This document shows positions 32,453 through 42,516 of a stretch of 64,000 nucleotides of DNA, in pieces. The translations under genes and the position numbers were made by a program. Source of the DNA: a phage; sequence record PX994957.1, one strand, 5' to 3'. The notes under the pieces were generated by a model that saw only the letters and a program-made list of their open reading frames with translations, was not told the origin of the DNA and ran no database searches. The stretch's first letter is position 1. Each line of letters opens with the position of its first letter.

Positions 32453-33777
32453 TTGATTTCCTCTAAATCTTTAGTGTATTCGGTAACTACATTAGTAGTT
32501 TTCCAATATTCGTTTTCTTCTTTCTTAGCTTTAGCTTCTTCAGCAAGTTTCTTTGCTTCGTCGGAAGTCATATGAAAAATATTCATTCCAACTAGTTTAT
32601 CAACATAAGAAGAATACATATCGATTTTCGAAAGTTCTTCGGTCAGTTCTTTGCGAGTTTTACCCTGCACAACGATTTCACCTGAAATTACTTTCTTAAT
32701 GAAATGTGCCTTGGCAAAGGCTAAACGAAAAGCTGACTCAGTTTCTTTGATTTTGTTATCAATTCGTTTTTGGACATAAGTTTTACGAACTTCAACAAAG
32801 TCTTTAATTAAATCAACTACGTTATCGTAAACTTGTAGTTTTCCTTTCTCATTAATAACCGTAATATTCTGAGAACGACGCTCAATCAACCCGAAGTCTT
32901 TCATAATTTTTGCATGGCGTTCTTCTTCGTTATCGCTCAAAGAATATTCTTTACGGAATTTAACTTTGAATCCAAAACCATGCTCACCACAAGCATCATC
33001 CCATGTAATGAAGCCTTTATCTTCAAGTGGGTCTAAGATTTTACTCACATAAGTTTCACGATCATACTTATACGGAATCTCAGTGATATGCATTTGAGTT
33101 CGTGAAGTAAACTTATATGTTCCACGAATTTCATATTGGCCATCAATCTCAACGACTTCACCACGAAATTCTGGGAATTCTACCTTCGGTTTAGTTACTT
33201 TCTTTCCTTGAAGAGCTTGTAATACAGCTTTCTTAACAGAAGAAACACTATGAGGAAGAATGTAAGTTGCATAACCAGTTGCAATACCGGAAACACCATT
33301 AAGAAGAACAGTAGGAATAATAGGCAAATAGAAAGCAGGCGGAATGTGTTCTTTATCTTGATGTACCGGAGCATATTCAGTATCTTTATATACGTTATAG
33401 AAATTTTTACTTACACGAGCAAAAATATAACGACTTGCTGCTGCTTTTTGGACGGTACGAGAACCAAAGTTTCCTTGACCATCTAACAGAGGAAAATTAT
33501 TATTCCAAGTGTTAGCCATCAAAGCACCTGCGTCTTGCGCAGAGTTTTCACCATGATGATATCCAAGGTCCGCTACACCACCTGCAATAGAAGCGAGTTT
33601 GTGAAACTTATCTTTATTTCCTCGTGCCAAATCAAGAGCTCGAGCAATAACAAATCGTTGAACTGGCTTAAATCCGTCAATCATATTTGGAATGGCACGA
33701 TTTTCAACCGTGTACATAGCATAAGCCAATGCTTCATTATCAATGATACTTTTTAAATCGCGATTATTCAGTTGCAT
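32449..33777 (-). CDS. 52: DNA topoisomerase II medium subunit gp52 (GyrA-like, intact)
   Basis: 442 aa; catalytic-Tyr region AASRYI; T4 synteny. Confidence 0.93.
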   Translation of the reverse strand: MQLNNRDLKSIIDNEALAYAMYTVENRAIPNMIDGFKPVQRFVIARALDLARGNKDKFHKLASIAGGVADLGYHHGENSAQDAGALMANTWNNNFPLLDGQGNFGSRTVQKAAASRYIFARVSKNFYNVYKDTEYAPVHQDKEHIPPAFYLPIIPTVLLNGVSGIATGYATYILPHSVSSVKKAVLQALQGKKVTKPKVEFPEFRGEVVEIDGQYEIRGTYKFTSRTQMHITEIPYKYDRETYVSKILDPLEDKGFITWDDACGEHGFGFKVKFRKEYSLSDNEEERHAKIMKDFGLIERRSQNITVINEKGKLQVYDNVVDLIKDFVEVRKTYVQKRIDNKIKETESAFRLAFAKAHFIKKVISGEIVVQGKTRKELTEELSKIDMYSSYVDKLVGMNIFHMTSDEAKKLAEEAKAKKEENEYWKTTNVVTEYTKDLEEIK

Positions 33778-33781
33778 AAAT

Positions 33782-33928
33782 TTACCATACTAGTGAATGT
33801 AGTGCCATAATAACATCAGAAATGAAAAGCACGACTTGAATTAATCCGAACATTACTCCATAATATAGTGCTACTAATAAAGTAGCAAGGGCTAATGAAT
33901 AGCCCAAGATTTTCTTAATCATTTTCAT
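33782..33928 (-). CDS. small hydrophobic membrane protein, 48 aa
   Basis: own translation MKMIKKILGYSLALATLLVAL... Confidence 0.4.
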   Translation of the reverse strand: MKMIKKILGYSLALATLLVALYYGVMFGLIQVVLFISDVIMALHSLVW

Positions 33929-34067
33929 TTAATAGCCAAAACAATGATAAAATTGCTAATACGCCTTGAGCTGTTGCTTGTAAAAATACTGAAGTTTCTC
34001 CAGTTATTACTGTTCCGGCGAATAAAAAGGACCAGCAGAAAAAGGCTATACCATAAACAAATTTCAT
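33915..34067 (-). CDS. ac: small hydrophobic membrane protein, 50 aa (position and size like T4 ac)
   Basis: own translation MKFVYGIAFFCWSFLFAG...; immediately downstream of stp. Confidence 0.4.
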   Translation of the reverse strand: MKFVYGIAFFCWSFLFAGTVITGETSVFLQATAQGVLAILSLFWLLNEND

Positions 34068-34074
34068 ATTTTCC

Positions 34075-34155
34075 TCACTGGCGTCCGAAGACGCCTTTAG
34101 TTTTAAAATTATTACGATAGAACTGCATCACATGTTCGTTATGGAAATTACTCAT
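34075..34155 (-). CDS. stp: Stp peptide (26 aa)
   Basis: own translation [26 protein letters not shown] matches recalled T4 Stp; ATG overlaps the ndd stop. Confidence 0.7.
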   Translation of the reverse strand: MSNFHNEHVMQFYRNNFKTKGVFGRQ

Positions 34156-34613
34156 TAATATGCCTGCAAAACGAATTTAAAGTTATCAGCCAACATACGG
34201 TTCATTTCTTCAAGTGTTTGATACTCAGAATGATGATTACGAGTAAACGCTAAAGCTAACTGTCCTTTTCCAAATCCCGTCGTCAGAGGTTTCATCTTAG
34301 AAGCAGGCAGATAAAACACTGTGTATGGAACATTGTTATTTGCAATAGTACGTGCAAGCTGAGACCGACGTTGACGAATATGACTTAGAACTGCACTGAA
34401 TCCTTGCTTAGAACGCTGATTACCTACATAAAATCGTGCTGACACACATGGATTACTAAATGGACGACCATCTAATTTACTTACTAAAAAGTAAAATCCA
34501 GGTTTAGATAAAATATCTTTATGCGGAGTTCCCAAAAACCACTCACCGCCCTTGATTGTACCAATAACAGTAGCACCTGCATCATTCAGATCAGTAACAG
34601 TCATATATTTCAT
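34155..34613 (-). CDS. ndd: nucleoid disruption protein Ndd
   Basis: 152 aa from MKYMTVTDL; matches recalled T4 Ndd. Confidence 0.88.
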   Translation of the reverse strand: MKYMTVTDLNDAGATVIGTIKGGEWFLGTPHKDILSKPGFYFLVSKLDGRPFSNPCVSARFYVGNQRSKQGFSAVLSHIRQRRSQLARTIANNNVPYTVFYLPASKMKPLTTGFGKGQLALAFTRNHHSEYQTLEEMNRMLADNFKFVLQAY

Positions 34614-34673
34614 ATTAATTTCCTCTAAATTATTTTCTACTCCAAGGCCGCATGAATACACACGGCCATTAAA

Positions 34674-34889
34674 TTAATCGTCGCAGTCGACGCTCAATTC
34701 CCAAAACTCTTCTACGGTATAAGTTTCAGTATCATTTTCAATACAGAAACGTTCATTACTGTTATTTGCTAAAGTAGCGTTAACTGTCGGTTTCTCGCTA
34801 GTGCTCTTAAGAGGTGAAATACGAATTAACTGATCACCGTTATCTAAACAGAAAATTTCACCAACTTTTACATCTTTAAAACTTTTCAT
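34674..34889 (-). CDS. hypothetical protein, 71 aa
   Basis: ORF track. Confidence 0.5.
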   Translation of the reverse strand: MKSFKDVKVGEIFCLDNGDQLIRISPLKSTSEKPTVNATLANNSNERFCIENDTETYTVEEFWELSVDCDD

Positions 34890-35004
34890 AATTCACCTCA
34901 AGGAGTATAAAATCCAAATGCAGTTGTTGACCATCCCATCCAATATGGAAAATTTGCACCAATGTAAAACATAAGAATATAAAACCAACCGCTCAACAAA
35001 TTCA

Positions 35005-35223
35005 TCATTTTACACCATTCCAAATTGTTTCAACTACTGATTTTAAACCATTTTGATAAATATCCATTCCGACTACTGCCATCAAATAGATTCCAACTAC
35101 AACTGAACCTAAGGCGAAAATCAGCATAAAAATAAATAAAGTCGGAAAAATATTATCGAAAAACCATTCAATAAATGTAAAAGCACCGCGTTTACGCTTC
35201 ATATTTTCCTCACATAAATCCAA
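35005..35223 (-). CDS. small membrane protein, 72 aa
   Basis: ORF track; hydrophobic. Confidence 0.5.
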   Translation of the reverse strand: MDLCEENMKRKRGAFTFIEWFFDNIFPTLFIFMLIFALGSVVVGIYLMAVVGMDIYQNGLKSVVETIWNGVK

Positions 35224-35323
35224 AATAAGCGTTTAACATATCAATCATTAAAACGATTGGGAATATACTCAAAACTATTAGTATTATAACTACATTCCAT
35301 ATAGCTTTAACAATCTTTTTCAT
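35210..35323 (-). CDS. small membrane protein, 37 aa (MKKIVKAIWNVVIILIVL...)
   Basis: internal ATG with GGAGGAA RBS directly downstream of early promoter. Confidence 0.45.
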   Translation of the reverse strand: MKKIVKAIWNVVIILIVLSIFPIVLMIDMLNAYFGFM

Positions 35324-35350
35324 TTTGTGTTCCTCCGTAGTTGATAGTTG

Positions 35351-35381
35351 TATAGTACCACAGAGGAACAGTCTTGTAAAC
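35351..35381 (-). promoter_or_regulatory. sigma70-type early promoter with conserved leader box
   Basis: minus strand GTTTAC-N18-TACTAT. Confidence 0.55.
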
Positions 35382-35598
35382 AACTTTTTTAAAAATATTC
35401 GTAATAAATGTGAATACCAACTACTACCGCTGAAACCTGTGCAACCCACCACGCGCAAGCAATAAGTACAGAATTAAAAATTTTCATAATAACCTCATCA
35501 CAAAAGTAAATGTTAAACAAATTAATGGAATACTAATTAACCAAACAAAACACCACCATAATGAACTCATAGTTCAATCTCAACGATTTTCATTTTAC

Positions 35599-35817
35599 TC
35601 AATAATCCGCTAAAAGATCGACGATTGCATCACGAAGACACTTATTCGCAATACGTTTAAGAGCAATTTCAGTTTCTGGAGCATTTTGAATAATCATTGA
35701 ATTCAATTCAGCCTCAGCAAACTGAAGTTCTTTAACTAATTCAGCTTTATATTTTCCTTGCCCTTTCTTAGCTTTTGCTCGTTTTAATTCAGCTGTAGTA
35801 AACATTTTATTCTCCAA
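35599..35817 (-). CDS. hypothetical basic protein, about 69-72 aa
   Basis: ORF track. Confidence 0.5.
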   Translation of the reverse strand: MENKMFTTAELKRAKAKKGQGKYKAELVKELQFAEAELNSMIIQNAPETEIALKRIANKCLRDAIVDLLADY

Positions 35818-35838
35818 ATCCGTATCAGTTGATAGTTG

Positions 35839-35869
35839 TATATTACCACAGTCCTTGTGGTATGTAAAC
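35839..35869 (-). promoter_or_regulatory. sigma70-type early promoter with CCACA-N5-TGTGG palindrome between -35 and -10
   Basis: minus strand GTTTAC ... CCACAAGGACTGTGG TAATAT. Confidence 0.55.
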
Positions 35870-35884
35870 CGTTTGTGAAAATTT

Positions 35885-36442
35885 TTAAATGGAAAGATAC
35901 CATCCGTTGTAGTTGCTTTTTCTTACAACCTTACGAAGGTCTTCTCTGTCACCGATGAACTTCGGAGTGTACTGGATGACACCTGGATGAATTTCTTTAG
36001 TGTTGAATATAATTATACAGTCAGCGACTTGATGATTTAGAATGGGCCCTAAATTTATTCCAGAACCATATGGATACTCTCCGCTGCATCCCGTTGTTAC
36101 CGAAATCCAACGCGAGTCAGTTTGATGTGTTTTGACTTCTACACGAAGCCCGCAATATTTTGGATGCGCTAAAACATCCCATGCATACGTGTACGGGTCA
36201 TTAACGTCCTCTTGGCCTTTGTTAACATACCCGCTTAGCCAATCTGCTACAAAAAACTCTGCGTACACCGCGATACGGCATCTTTCGATAACTTCTGCTT
36301 TATCCTGGTTCGGGTTTTGTTTTAAAGAGTATCTTGCTGTATCAGCAATTTTGACCTTCATTTCACTAGTCAAATCACTGTTCGATAGGGTAAATGTCGG
36401 AATCTGAAATAGTCTCTGTAAACCCGGATTCGTTTTCTGCAT
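35885..36442 (-). CDS. denB: endonuclease IV
   Basis: 185 aa; size and position as T4 denB. Confidence 0.8.
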   Translation of the reverse strand: MQKTNPGLQRLFQIPTFTLSNSDLTSEMKVKIADTARYSLKQNPNQDKAEVIERCRIAVYAEFFVADWLSGYVNKGQEDVNDPYTYAWDVLAHPKYCGLRVEVKTHQTDSRWISVTTGCSGEYPYGSGINLGPILNHQVADCIIIFNTKEIHPGVIQYTPKFIGDREDLRKVVRKSNYNGWYLSI

Positions 36443-36704
36443 TTAGACTTTCCTTTTTACCGCTGAGATAAGCGTTATATACTTTAAGAGTGCCGTAATA
36501 AATTCGGTCATTTTCATCTAAAGACTCACGGTCAAGTTCATCGAGTTCCTTTTTATCCATGACTATAACATCATTGCAATAAAGAAACCCAAGTTTTTTG
36601 TGTCCAAACTCAAATTTATTACAGTACACAATATTAGCGTGATGATTACCATGTAGAGAAATTTCTTTTATGTCGGAATCACCGATATTCATACAATAAA
36701 TCAT
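36375..36704 (-). CDS. hypothetical protein, about 105-109 aa; 3' end overlaps the denB start by 68 nt
   Basis: ORF track. Confidence 0.45.
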   Translation of the reverse strand: MIYCMNIGDSDIKEISLHGNHHANIVYCNKFEFGHKKLGFLYCNDVIVMDKKELDELDRESLDENDRIYYGTLKVYNAYLSGKKESLNAENESGFTETISDSDIYPIEQ

Positions 36705-36723
36705 AATTCACCTTAAAACAAAA

Positions 36724-36735
36724 GGGCCGAAGCCC
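36724..36735 (-). terminator. stem-loop GGGC-CGAA-GCCC flanked by U-runs (possibly bidirectional)
   Basis: perfect hairpin read in sequence. Confidence 0.5.
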
Positions 36736-36740
36736 TTATT

Positions 36741-36935
36741 TTATTTGAATTGTGCAATTCTTTTCTCTAGACACTCAGCATAAGATTTCATTGAGATGAA
36801 CTGTGAAAGCAGCAGTTCTTGCTCAACTGCACTAACCGTTAGAAACTTTGTGCTTTCTAAAAATTTGCTCAGTGCATTAATTTTGAGCATTAATTGATCG
36901 TATTCTTCTTTTACTCGTGCTTGATAACCTAACAT
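36741..36935 (-). CDS. hypothetical protein, 64 aa
   Basis: ORF track. Confidence 0.5.
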   Translation of the reverse strand: MLGYQARVKEEYDQLMLKINALSKFLESTKFLTVSAVEQELLLSQFISMKSYAECLEKRIAQFK

Positions 36936-36963
36936 AATTTTCCTTAGTTAAGGGCCGAAGCCC

Positions 36964-37902
36964 TTATTTAAATTGTTCAGTAACGTCTTCAATTACTTCG
37001 TATTGGCAGGTACGCATTTTAGCGTCGTTGTAATCAATCGGAATTGATACTACATCACGAGGATGAACTTTAACTTTTACAACTCGGCTGGTTGAACCAC
37101 CGAAGTGACGAATATAAGATTTAGAACACACATGCAGACCACGAGAACAAGTTTGTGTATCATCGTCATTCACACGAGTACGCGGCATTTTAACTACTTT
37201 ACCAGGACTGTTATCAAAGGTATTTGAGTGACAGTCAAAGTAATTGCTGCGAACTACTTTCCAAGCATAGAAGTAACCATCTTCTGTAATTTCAATATCG
37301 TTTGCTACCAAGAAATCAAAAAGTCGAGATACCGCTTTCTGGCTTGGGTTTTCCAGCAGATTTTCCAAGAACGGAAAATAAACTTCAAAGTTTTCGCCTT
37401 TTTCCATCGAATCAAGAATACGATCAACCAAACCAGACCGCAATTCAATATTTTGATAGAATAAGCTTCCACCTTCAATTCGAACATCGCCGGAAATATA
37501 TTTTTCAACAGCGCGACGAACATTAATTTTTTGTGCCGCTTCTTCCAGCTTATCCGCTACAAGCAGATTGAGAATTTCCTGGAAGTTTGAATGAGTATTA
37601 GGTGTTGCATTATAAGTTACACCATCGACAGTAATCGAAATGAATTTTTTAGATGCATTCCAAATAATGTCAGATTTAGTAACTGGAGCAATAACTGCAT
37701 CGCTATTAACTTTAACTGTAATATCACCGCTAATAGTAACTTTAGAGCGTTTAGCTTCTTCAGCATTTTTCAAAACACGACGGATTGTATCAACCGATAC
37801 ACCTTGCCAATCAGCCAATTCCTGCTGAGTATAATTACCGCTTGAATACAGTTTAACAATTTCAGCTTGTTCGTTTTTGGTCAGGCATTTAATATTGTAC
37901 AT
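36964..37902 (-). CDS. rIIB: rapid-lysis protein rIIB
   Basis: 312 aa; N-terminus MYNIKCLTKNEQAEIV matches recalled T4 rIIB. Confidence 0.93.
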   Translation of the reverse strand: MYNIKCLTKNEQAEIVKLYSSGNYTQQELADWQGVSVDTIRRVLKNAEEAKRSKVTISGDITVKVNSDAVIAPVTKSDIIWNASKKFISITVDGVTYNATPNTHSNFQEILNLLVADKLEEAAQKINVRRAVEKYISGDVRIEGGSLFYQNIELRSGLVDRILDSMEKGENFEVYFPFLENLLENPSQKAVSRLFDFLVANDIEITEDGYFYAWKVVRSNYFDCHSNTFDNSPGKVVKMPRTRVNDDDTQTCSRGLHVCSKSYIRHFGGSTSRVVKVKVHPRDVVSIPIDYNDAKMRTCQYEVIEDVTEQFK

Positions 37903-37913
37903 AATTTTCCTTA

Positions 37914-40091
37914 TTAGGCCGCAAGGGCCTTCATAGTTTTAGCGATTTGGGAAACTTCATCATCACTTAAAGAGTTGCGATATCCGATGAAGTCGGAAAC
38001 AATACGGAATTTCTTGGTAAACTCAGCAACCATTTTATCACTGTTTTTTGAAGCATTATTTGATAATACATCAAAAAGATTAGTTACTGTCCAGATATCA
38101 TGACCGATGGTATCTTTTCCACCATTAAAATATACACCGCGCAATGAACTAACTATATTAGCGAGTCGTGTATATTCTTCAGAAACTTCATCTGTACTGA
38201 AGTACTTCATCATAAAATCTAGCTCAGGATACTTGATAATTTTATCAATATATCGTTGAGCTGAACTTGAATAACCTACATACTTATCATAATCTACATC
38301 ATCAAAAGCATCTACATATAAATCACGCAAAGCTTCAAAAATACATTGGCACTGACCGAGTTCTTTTACCTTTTTCTGTAAAAGCGGACGAATAACATAA
38401 AATTCATTAATGCCAATAAGATTAGCCATACGAATCAAAATATTCATAGATGGATGACAAAGTGATGTAGTACCATCCATAGAGAAAATATCAGAACGAT
38501 GCATATACGCTACATAACCAGTAATTTCATCTGCTTCTGACGTAAGTGTAAATAGTTCCTCTTTTTCCCAGCGCCCATCTTTAATTTCAAATTTAAATGC
38601 TGTAGCAGCTTTAGGACGAGGAGCTTTACTTTTAACTACCTTTGGAATATAACTTTTAACCAAAGCTTCAATTTCTGACAAATAGTGAATGTTAACTTCA
38701 TCACTTTCAAACATCGCCATAATATCAGGGAGTAAATCAATCTGCGATTCTACTTCCGGATTAATAAACAGAAGACGCTCATTGTGATGAATATTCAAAG
38801 TGTTATTAAATTCACTATCATCTAACGCGTGTGCTAATCCACGGACAATATTAACACGATTTTTAATATTATCAATAACGATATTAATTTTTGTTGTATT
38901 AATACCAAACAGACGATAACTTGATGCAACGGCTGAAGTTTCATGACTTTGCTTAATGCGTTTCAGTCGAGGGTCAAGATTTACTTCATACACCACGCCT
39001 GCATTACATAACTTACTGTCAGGTTCAAACATGCTCTGCATCTTCTTATATGACAGATTTTTAGTCGTGAATTTGACTGAATTACTAATCATATAATCTC
39101 GAGCAGAATAGCCCATTTTCATTAACTCGCGATACGTATGGCGAGGAGATGTAGATTCTTTAAATCGTTTTACATCTTCATTAAATGCTTTCTCACTAAG
39201 CTCTTTAACTCGTTCAATAATATTTTTACGAGTACGATCATCCAATGAAAGAGCTTCACGTGATGGAGCAATATCAAGTGAACCCATTGGAAACTTAATG
39301 TAATTCACTTCATTGCGAATGCTTAGCCAGTTACGGTCTCTAATAACACCATCGATAGGATAAACAATACCGCCATAGATAGCATATAATCCACCACGAT
39401 CAGGCCAGTATCTTTCTGGATTTACACCGTAATAATCATCAAAATCCGGAAAATAATCAATTTCACGGTCAAGACCATTAATAATAGCCAAATCTTTGAA
39501 CGGTCGCATGATATAAGAAACTTCATAAGCAAAGTTTCTAAAGTCTTTTTCTTCAACTGGAACTACGATTTCAATACCAGTTTTATCATCTGGACCCATT
39601 TCTTTTACGAATGTAGGTTTAATCTGTGGGCCATCACCATCCATGTAAGCTACATAACCACGAATTTCACCTTTATGATACGAAGTAATACTAAACGTAT
39701 CAGTATAACTAAACGGAGATTTAGAACCTAAACCAAATCCGCCAATGAAATCGTTAGATTCAGCCTTAGATGAACTGAAGTATGAATTATACAAACCAGG
39801 AGAATTATCATCACCCTGAATATCAAAATCACTCATACCCGGACCAAAATCTCGGCAAACAAATCGTGGATCTAAACGTCCAGGAACTTGAATGATAAAT
39901 TTTTCAGGATTTCCATTGAGAGCATGGGCATCAATCATGTTGGTAATCAATTCACGAACAACTGCGCGAATCTTATTTGTATACAAATCAGATGATAAGA
40001 TTTTAAATACTTTAGGAGATGCTGTGATGCTAAATGCTTTTGATTTAGAACCATTACCAAGAATTGTTTCTTTTTCAGTGGTGATAATCAT
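37914..40091 (-). CDS. rIIA: rapid-lysis protein rIIA
   Basis: 725 aa; GHKL-ATPase-like N-terminal motif; T4 synteny. Confidence 0.93.
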   Translation of the reverse strand: MIITTEKETILGNGSKSKAFSITASPKVFKILSSDLYTNKIRAVVRELITNMIDAHALNGNPEKFIIQVPGRLDPRFVCRDFGPGMSDFDIQGDDNSPGLYNSYFSSSKAESNDFIGGFGLGSKSPFSYTDTFSITSYHKGEIRGYVAYMDGDGPQIKPTFVKEMGPDDKTGIEIVVPVEEKDFRNFAYEVSYIMRPFKDLAIINGLDREIDYFPDFDDYYGVNPERYWPDRGGLYAIYGGIVYPIDGVIRDRNWLSIRNEVNYIKFPMGSLDIAPSREALSLDDRTRKNIIERVKELSEKAFNEDVKRFKESTSPRHTYRELMKMGYSARDYMISNSVKFTTKNLSYKKMQSMFEPDSKLCNAGVVYEVNLDPRLKRIKQSHETSAVASSYRLFGINTTKINIVIDNIKNRVNIVRGLAHALDDSEFNNTLNIHHNERLLFINPEVESQIDLLPDIMAMFESDEVNIHYLSEIEALVKSYIPKVVKSKAPRPKAATAFKFEIKDGRWEKEELFTLTSEADEITGYVAYMHRSDIFSMDGTTSLCHPSMNILIRMANLIGINEFYVIRPLLQKKVKELGQCQCIFEALRDLYVDAFDDVDYDKYVGYSSSAQRYIDKIIKYPELDFMMKYFSTDEVSEEYTRLANIVSSLRGVYFNGGKDTIGHDIWTVTNLFDVLSNNASKNSDKMVAEFTKKFRIVSDFIGYRNSLSDDEVSQIAKTMKALAA

Positions 40092-40101
40092 AATTTCCTC
40101 A

Positions 40102-40305
40102 TTAATTCATATTACGCTTAATAACTTCAGCAACTTCTAGTAGTTCGTCTTTAGTTGCGGTGTCGGATTGAATTTTATCTCTAATATCTTTAAAGCGGTT
40201 TTTAAATTCTTCGGCTTCTCCCATATCGAAAAAGCGTTGAATGATTCTATATTCTCGATGAACTGCTTTATCAAAAAGTTCTAAATTTACTTTATATGAT
40301 TTCAT
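40102..40305 (-). CDS. hypothetical protein, 67 aa (rIIA.1 position)
   Basis: ORF track. Confidence 0.6.
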   Translation of the reverse strand: MKSYKVNLELFDKAVHREYRIIQRFFDMGEAEEFKNRFKDIRDKIQSDTATKDELLEVAEVIKRNMN

Positions 40306-40330
40306 TCCAATATCCTCATTTGCCCAATTA

Positions 40331-40360
40331 ATTATACCACATCCTTGTGGTAAAGTAAAC
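40331..40360 (-). promoter_or_regulatory. sigma70-type early promoter with extended -10 (TGTGGTATAAT) and CCACA-N4-TGTGG palindrome
   Basis: minus strand GTTTAC-N17-TATAAT. Confidence 0.65.
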
Positions 40361-42180
40361 TACTGGCTCATCCATTCTTTACGAAGGTCAGCATTATCTC
40401 CCATGAGCATTTCAAAAAGCTCTTTCCAGTTCTCAGGAAGTTTAACAACATCATATACTGGATTTTGAATCATCTCACGATATTCAGATTTTTCCAAAGA
40501 GCCAAGTCCCTTAATATAACGGATGCTATGTTTAGGTAGAGCATCTTTAGCACTCTCATATTCAGCGACTGTATAAAACCATTCTTGTTTTTTACCGACC
40601 TGAGCGATGATTACAGGAGTTTTGACAAAGCGAATTCGTCCTTGCTCAAACAATTCTGGCCAATTACTAAAAAATCCGAGCAGAGAAGGATAAATGCTTC
40701 CTAGACCATCATGGTCAGCATCGGTCATAATAGCAATATTATGATAATTCAAGTTTTCAGCTTTTTCACCAAGAACTAATCCAGTGATTGCGCAAATATC
40801 AAACAGTTCTTTGTTTTTAAGCATATCAGCATATGACATACCCCAACTGTTGAGAACTTTACCACGCAATGGATAACCACCGTGAAGTTCTTTATCACGA
40901 ACATCAATAAGATATCCGATAGCAGAATCACCCTCAGTCAAGAAAAGAGTAGTGTCAGCATCTTTACCACAAAGATTCGCTTTGATATGTTTATGAACCT
41001 TAGCTTTAGAAGCCTTTTTAGCTGCTTTAGTTTCTGCCGCTTTTTCTGCTGCCAATTTACGGGCCAAGGCAGCTTCAATAATTGGCATCAAAATAGCTTC
41101 ATTATTTAGAATAGCGCGTGAAATCTTTTTAGCATCAAGTTGAATATGACTACGAATTTCGCCAAATGGAGAAGTCAAACGCTCTTTAGTCTGAGAATCA
41201 AATCGCATGTTTTTCATATCACGAACAAACATAACGATAGTCAAACATTCTTTAACACGTGCTTTAGTCACATCAATTTTGAACTTACGTTTGATTTGTG
41301 GAATAAGGTCTTCACAAATATCATCCATAACACAGTCAATGTGATGGCCACCATTCTTAGTGTGAATGTTATTCACATAAGTTAATTGACGAAATCCATC
41401 CGGTGAACGACCAACAGCAATAGAACAATTTTCTTGTTCTTGAACAATAGCATGCTCATCATATTGGCGTGCATATTTCTTAAAATTACCCTGAACCTTT
41501 TTACCATTAAAGGTAAATTGAATATCAGGATAAACGACAGCAAGTGTCTGGAGACGATCCAGTGTAATGTCAAGATAAACCTGAGACAGCTCATTAGTTT
41601 CAAATGACATAAAATCAGGAATGAAAGTAACACGAGTTCCTTTCCATTTTCCAGGAATAGTTTCCCAGGATTTATTTTCCATACCATTTGAACAACGAAC
41701 TACAATATTATTTTGACCATCGCCAGTTTCACCGACAAACATCACAGAAAAAATGTTTGTCAAACTAGAACCAACACCATTCATACCACCGGTGACGCGT
41801 TCTTTATCATCACCGAAGTTACCACCTGCTTTTGGAATAGTCCAGGCAGCAACAGGACCAGGAATTTCTTCACCGGTAGGTGTTTTAACCATCGCTTGTG
41901 GAATACCGCGACCGTTATCTTCAACTGTTACCTGATTATTTTTAATGGTAACATTAATTTTATTCGCGAATTTAAACTTAGTACGAATACCTTCATCTAC
42001 TGAGTTATCGATAATTTCATCAATAAGCTTAACAAGACCAGGTACATACTGAACACTTTCCCATTTACCAAACAGAAAGCGCTCATGCATTTCATTAGCA
42101 GAAGAGCCAATATACATGCCGCTACGCTTTTTGATATGTTCAATATCGCTCAGAATTTTAATTTCATTCTTAATCATCAC
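40360..42180 (-). CDS. 39: DNA topoisomerase II large subunit (GyrB-like ATPase plus Toprim), single uninterrupted gene
   Basis: 606 aa continuous; covers what T4 splits into genes 39 and 60. Confidence 0.93.
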   Translation of the reverse strand: MMIKNEIKILSDIEHIKKRSGMYIGSSANEMHERFLFGKWESVQYVPGLVKLIDEIIDNSVDEGIRTKFKFANKINVTIKNNQVTVEDNGRGIPQAMVKTPTGEEIPGPVAAWTIPKAGGNFGDDKERVTGGMNGVGSSLTNIFSVMFVGETGDGQNNIVVRCSNGMENKSWETIPGKWKGTRVTFIPDFMSFETNELSQVYLDITLDRLQTLAVVYPDIQFTFNGKKVQGNFKKYARQYDEHAIVQEQENCSIAVGRSPDGFRQLTYVNNIHTKNGGHHIDCVMDDICEDLIPQIKRKFKIDVTKARVKECLTIVMFVRDMKNMRFDSQTKERLTSPFGEIRSHIQLDAKKISRAILNNEAILMPIIEAALARKLAAEKAAETKAAKKASKAKVHKHIKANLCGKDADTTLFLTEGDSAIGYLIDVRDKELHGGYPLRGKVLNSWGMSYADMLKNKELFDICAITGLVLGEKAENLNYHNIAIMTDADHDGLGSIYPSLLGFFSNWPELFEQGRIRFVKTPVIIAQVGKKQEWFYTVAEYESAKDALPKHSIRYIKGLGSLEKSEYREMIQNPVYDVVKLPENWKELFEMLMGDNADLRKEWMSQ

Positions 42181-42231
42181 TTATCCTCGTTTGGTTTCGG
42201 GAATATTATACTCCGGCAATCATAAAGCTAA

Positions 42232-42243
42232 AGGCCCGAAGGC
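42232..42243 (-). terminator. stem-loop GGCC-CGAA-GGCC with flanking U-runs
   Basis: hairpin read in sequence. Confidence 0.45.
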
Positions 42244-42246
42244 CTT

Positions 42247-42516
42247 TTATTTAAAACGAATAGTTGAATCCTTAAAGAACAACCCAGAACATACTGTTCC
42301 TTCTACTTTCTGCCCAGTAGGTCCAATAGCACGAAATCCAGTATGTTGGAAATCATTTTCAGAGCAACCGAACCAATTATATCCAGTGATTTCAATATTC
42401 GTAAAACCACTCGATGATAAAATTTTAGTTGCATTATCAGCATCAGTACATCCTACTAAAGATACTGCTAATACTAATGCTGCAATAGAACGATTAATAT
42501 ATTTCATAGTTTTCAC
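42247..42516 (-). CDS. predicted lipoprotein, 89 aa
   Basis: signal peptide with LVGC lipobox. Confidence 0.55.
   Translation of the reverse strand: MKTMKYINRSIAALVLAVSLVGCTDADNATKILSSSGFTNIEITGYNWFGCSENDFQHTGFRAIGPTGQKVEGTVCSGLFFKDSTIRFK

Larger units (their letters stand above)
30815..32816. repeat. direct tandem duplication, exact 1000-bp period (30815-31816 identical to 31815-32816), 2-bp AA junction microhomology
   Basis: identity checked across multiple blocks; boundaries at 30814/30815 and 32816/32817. Confidence 0.92.
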
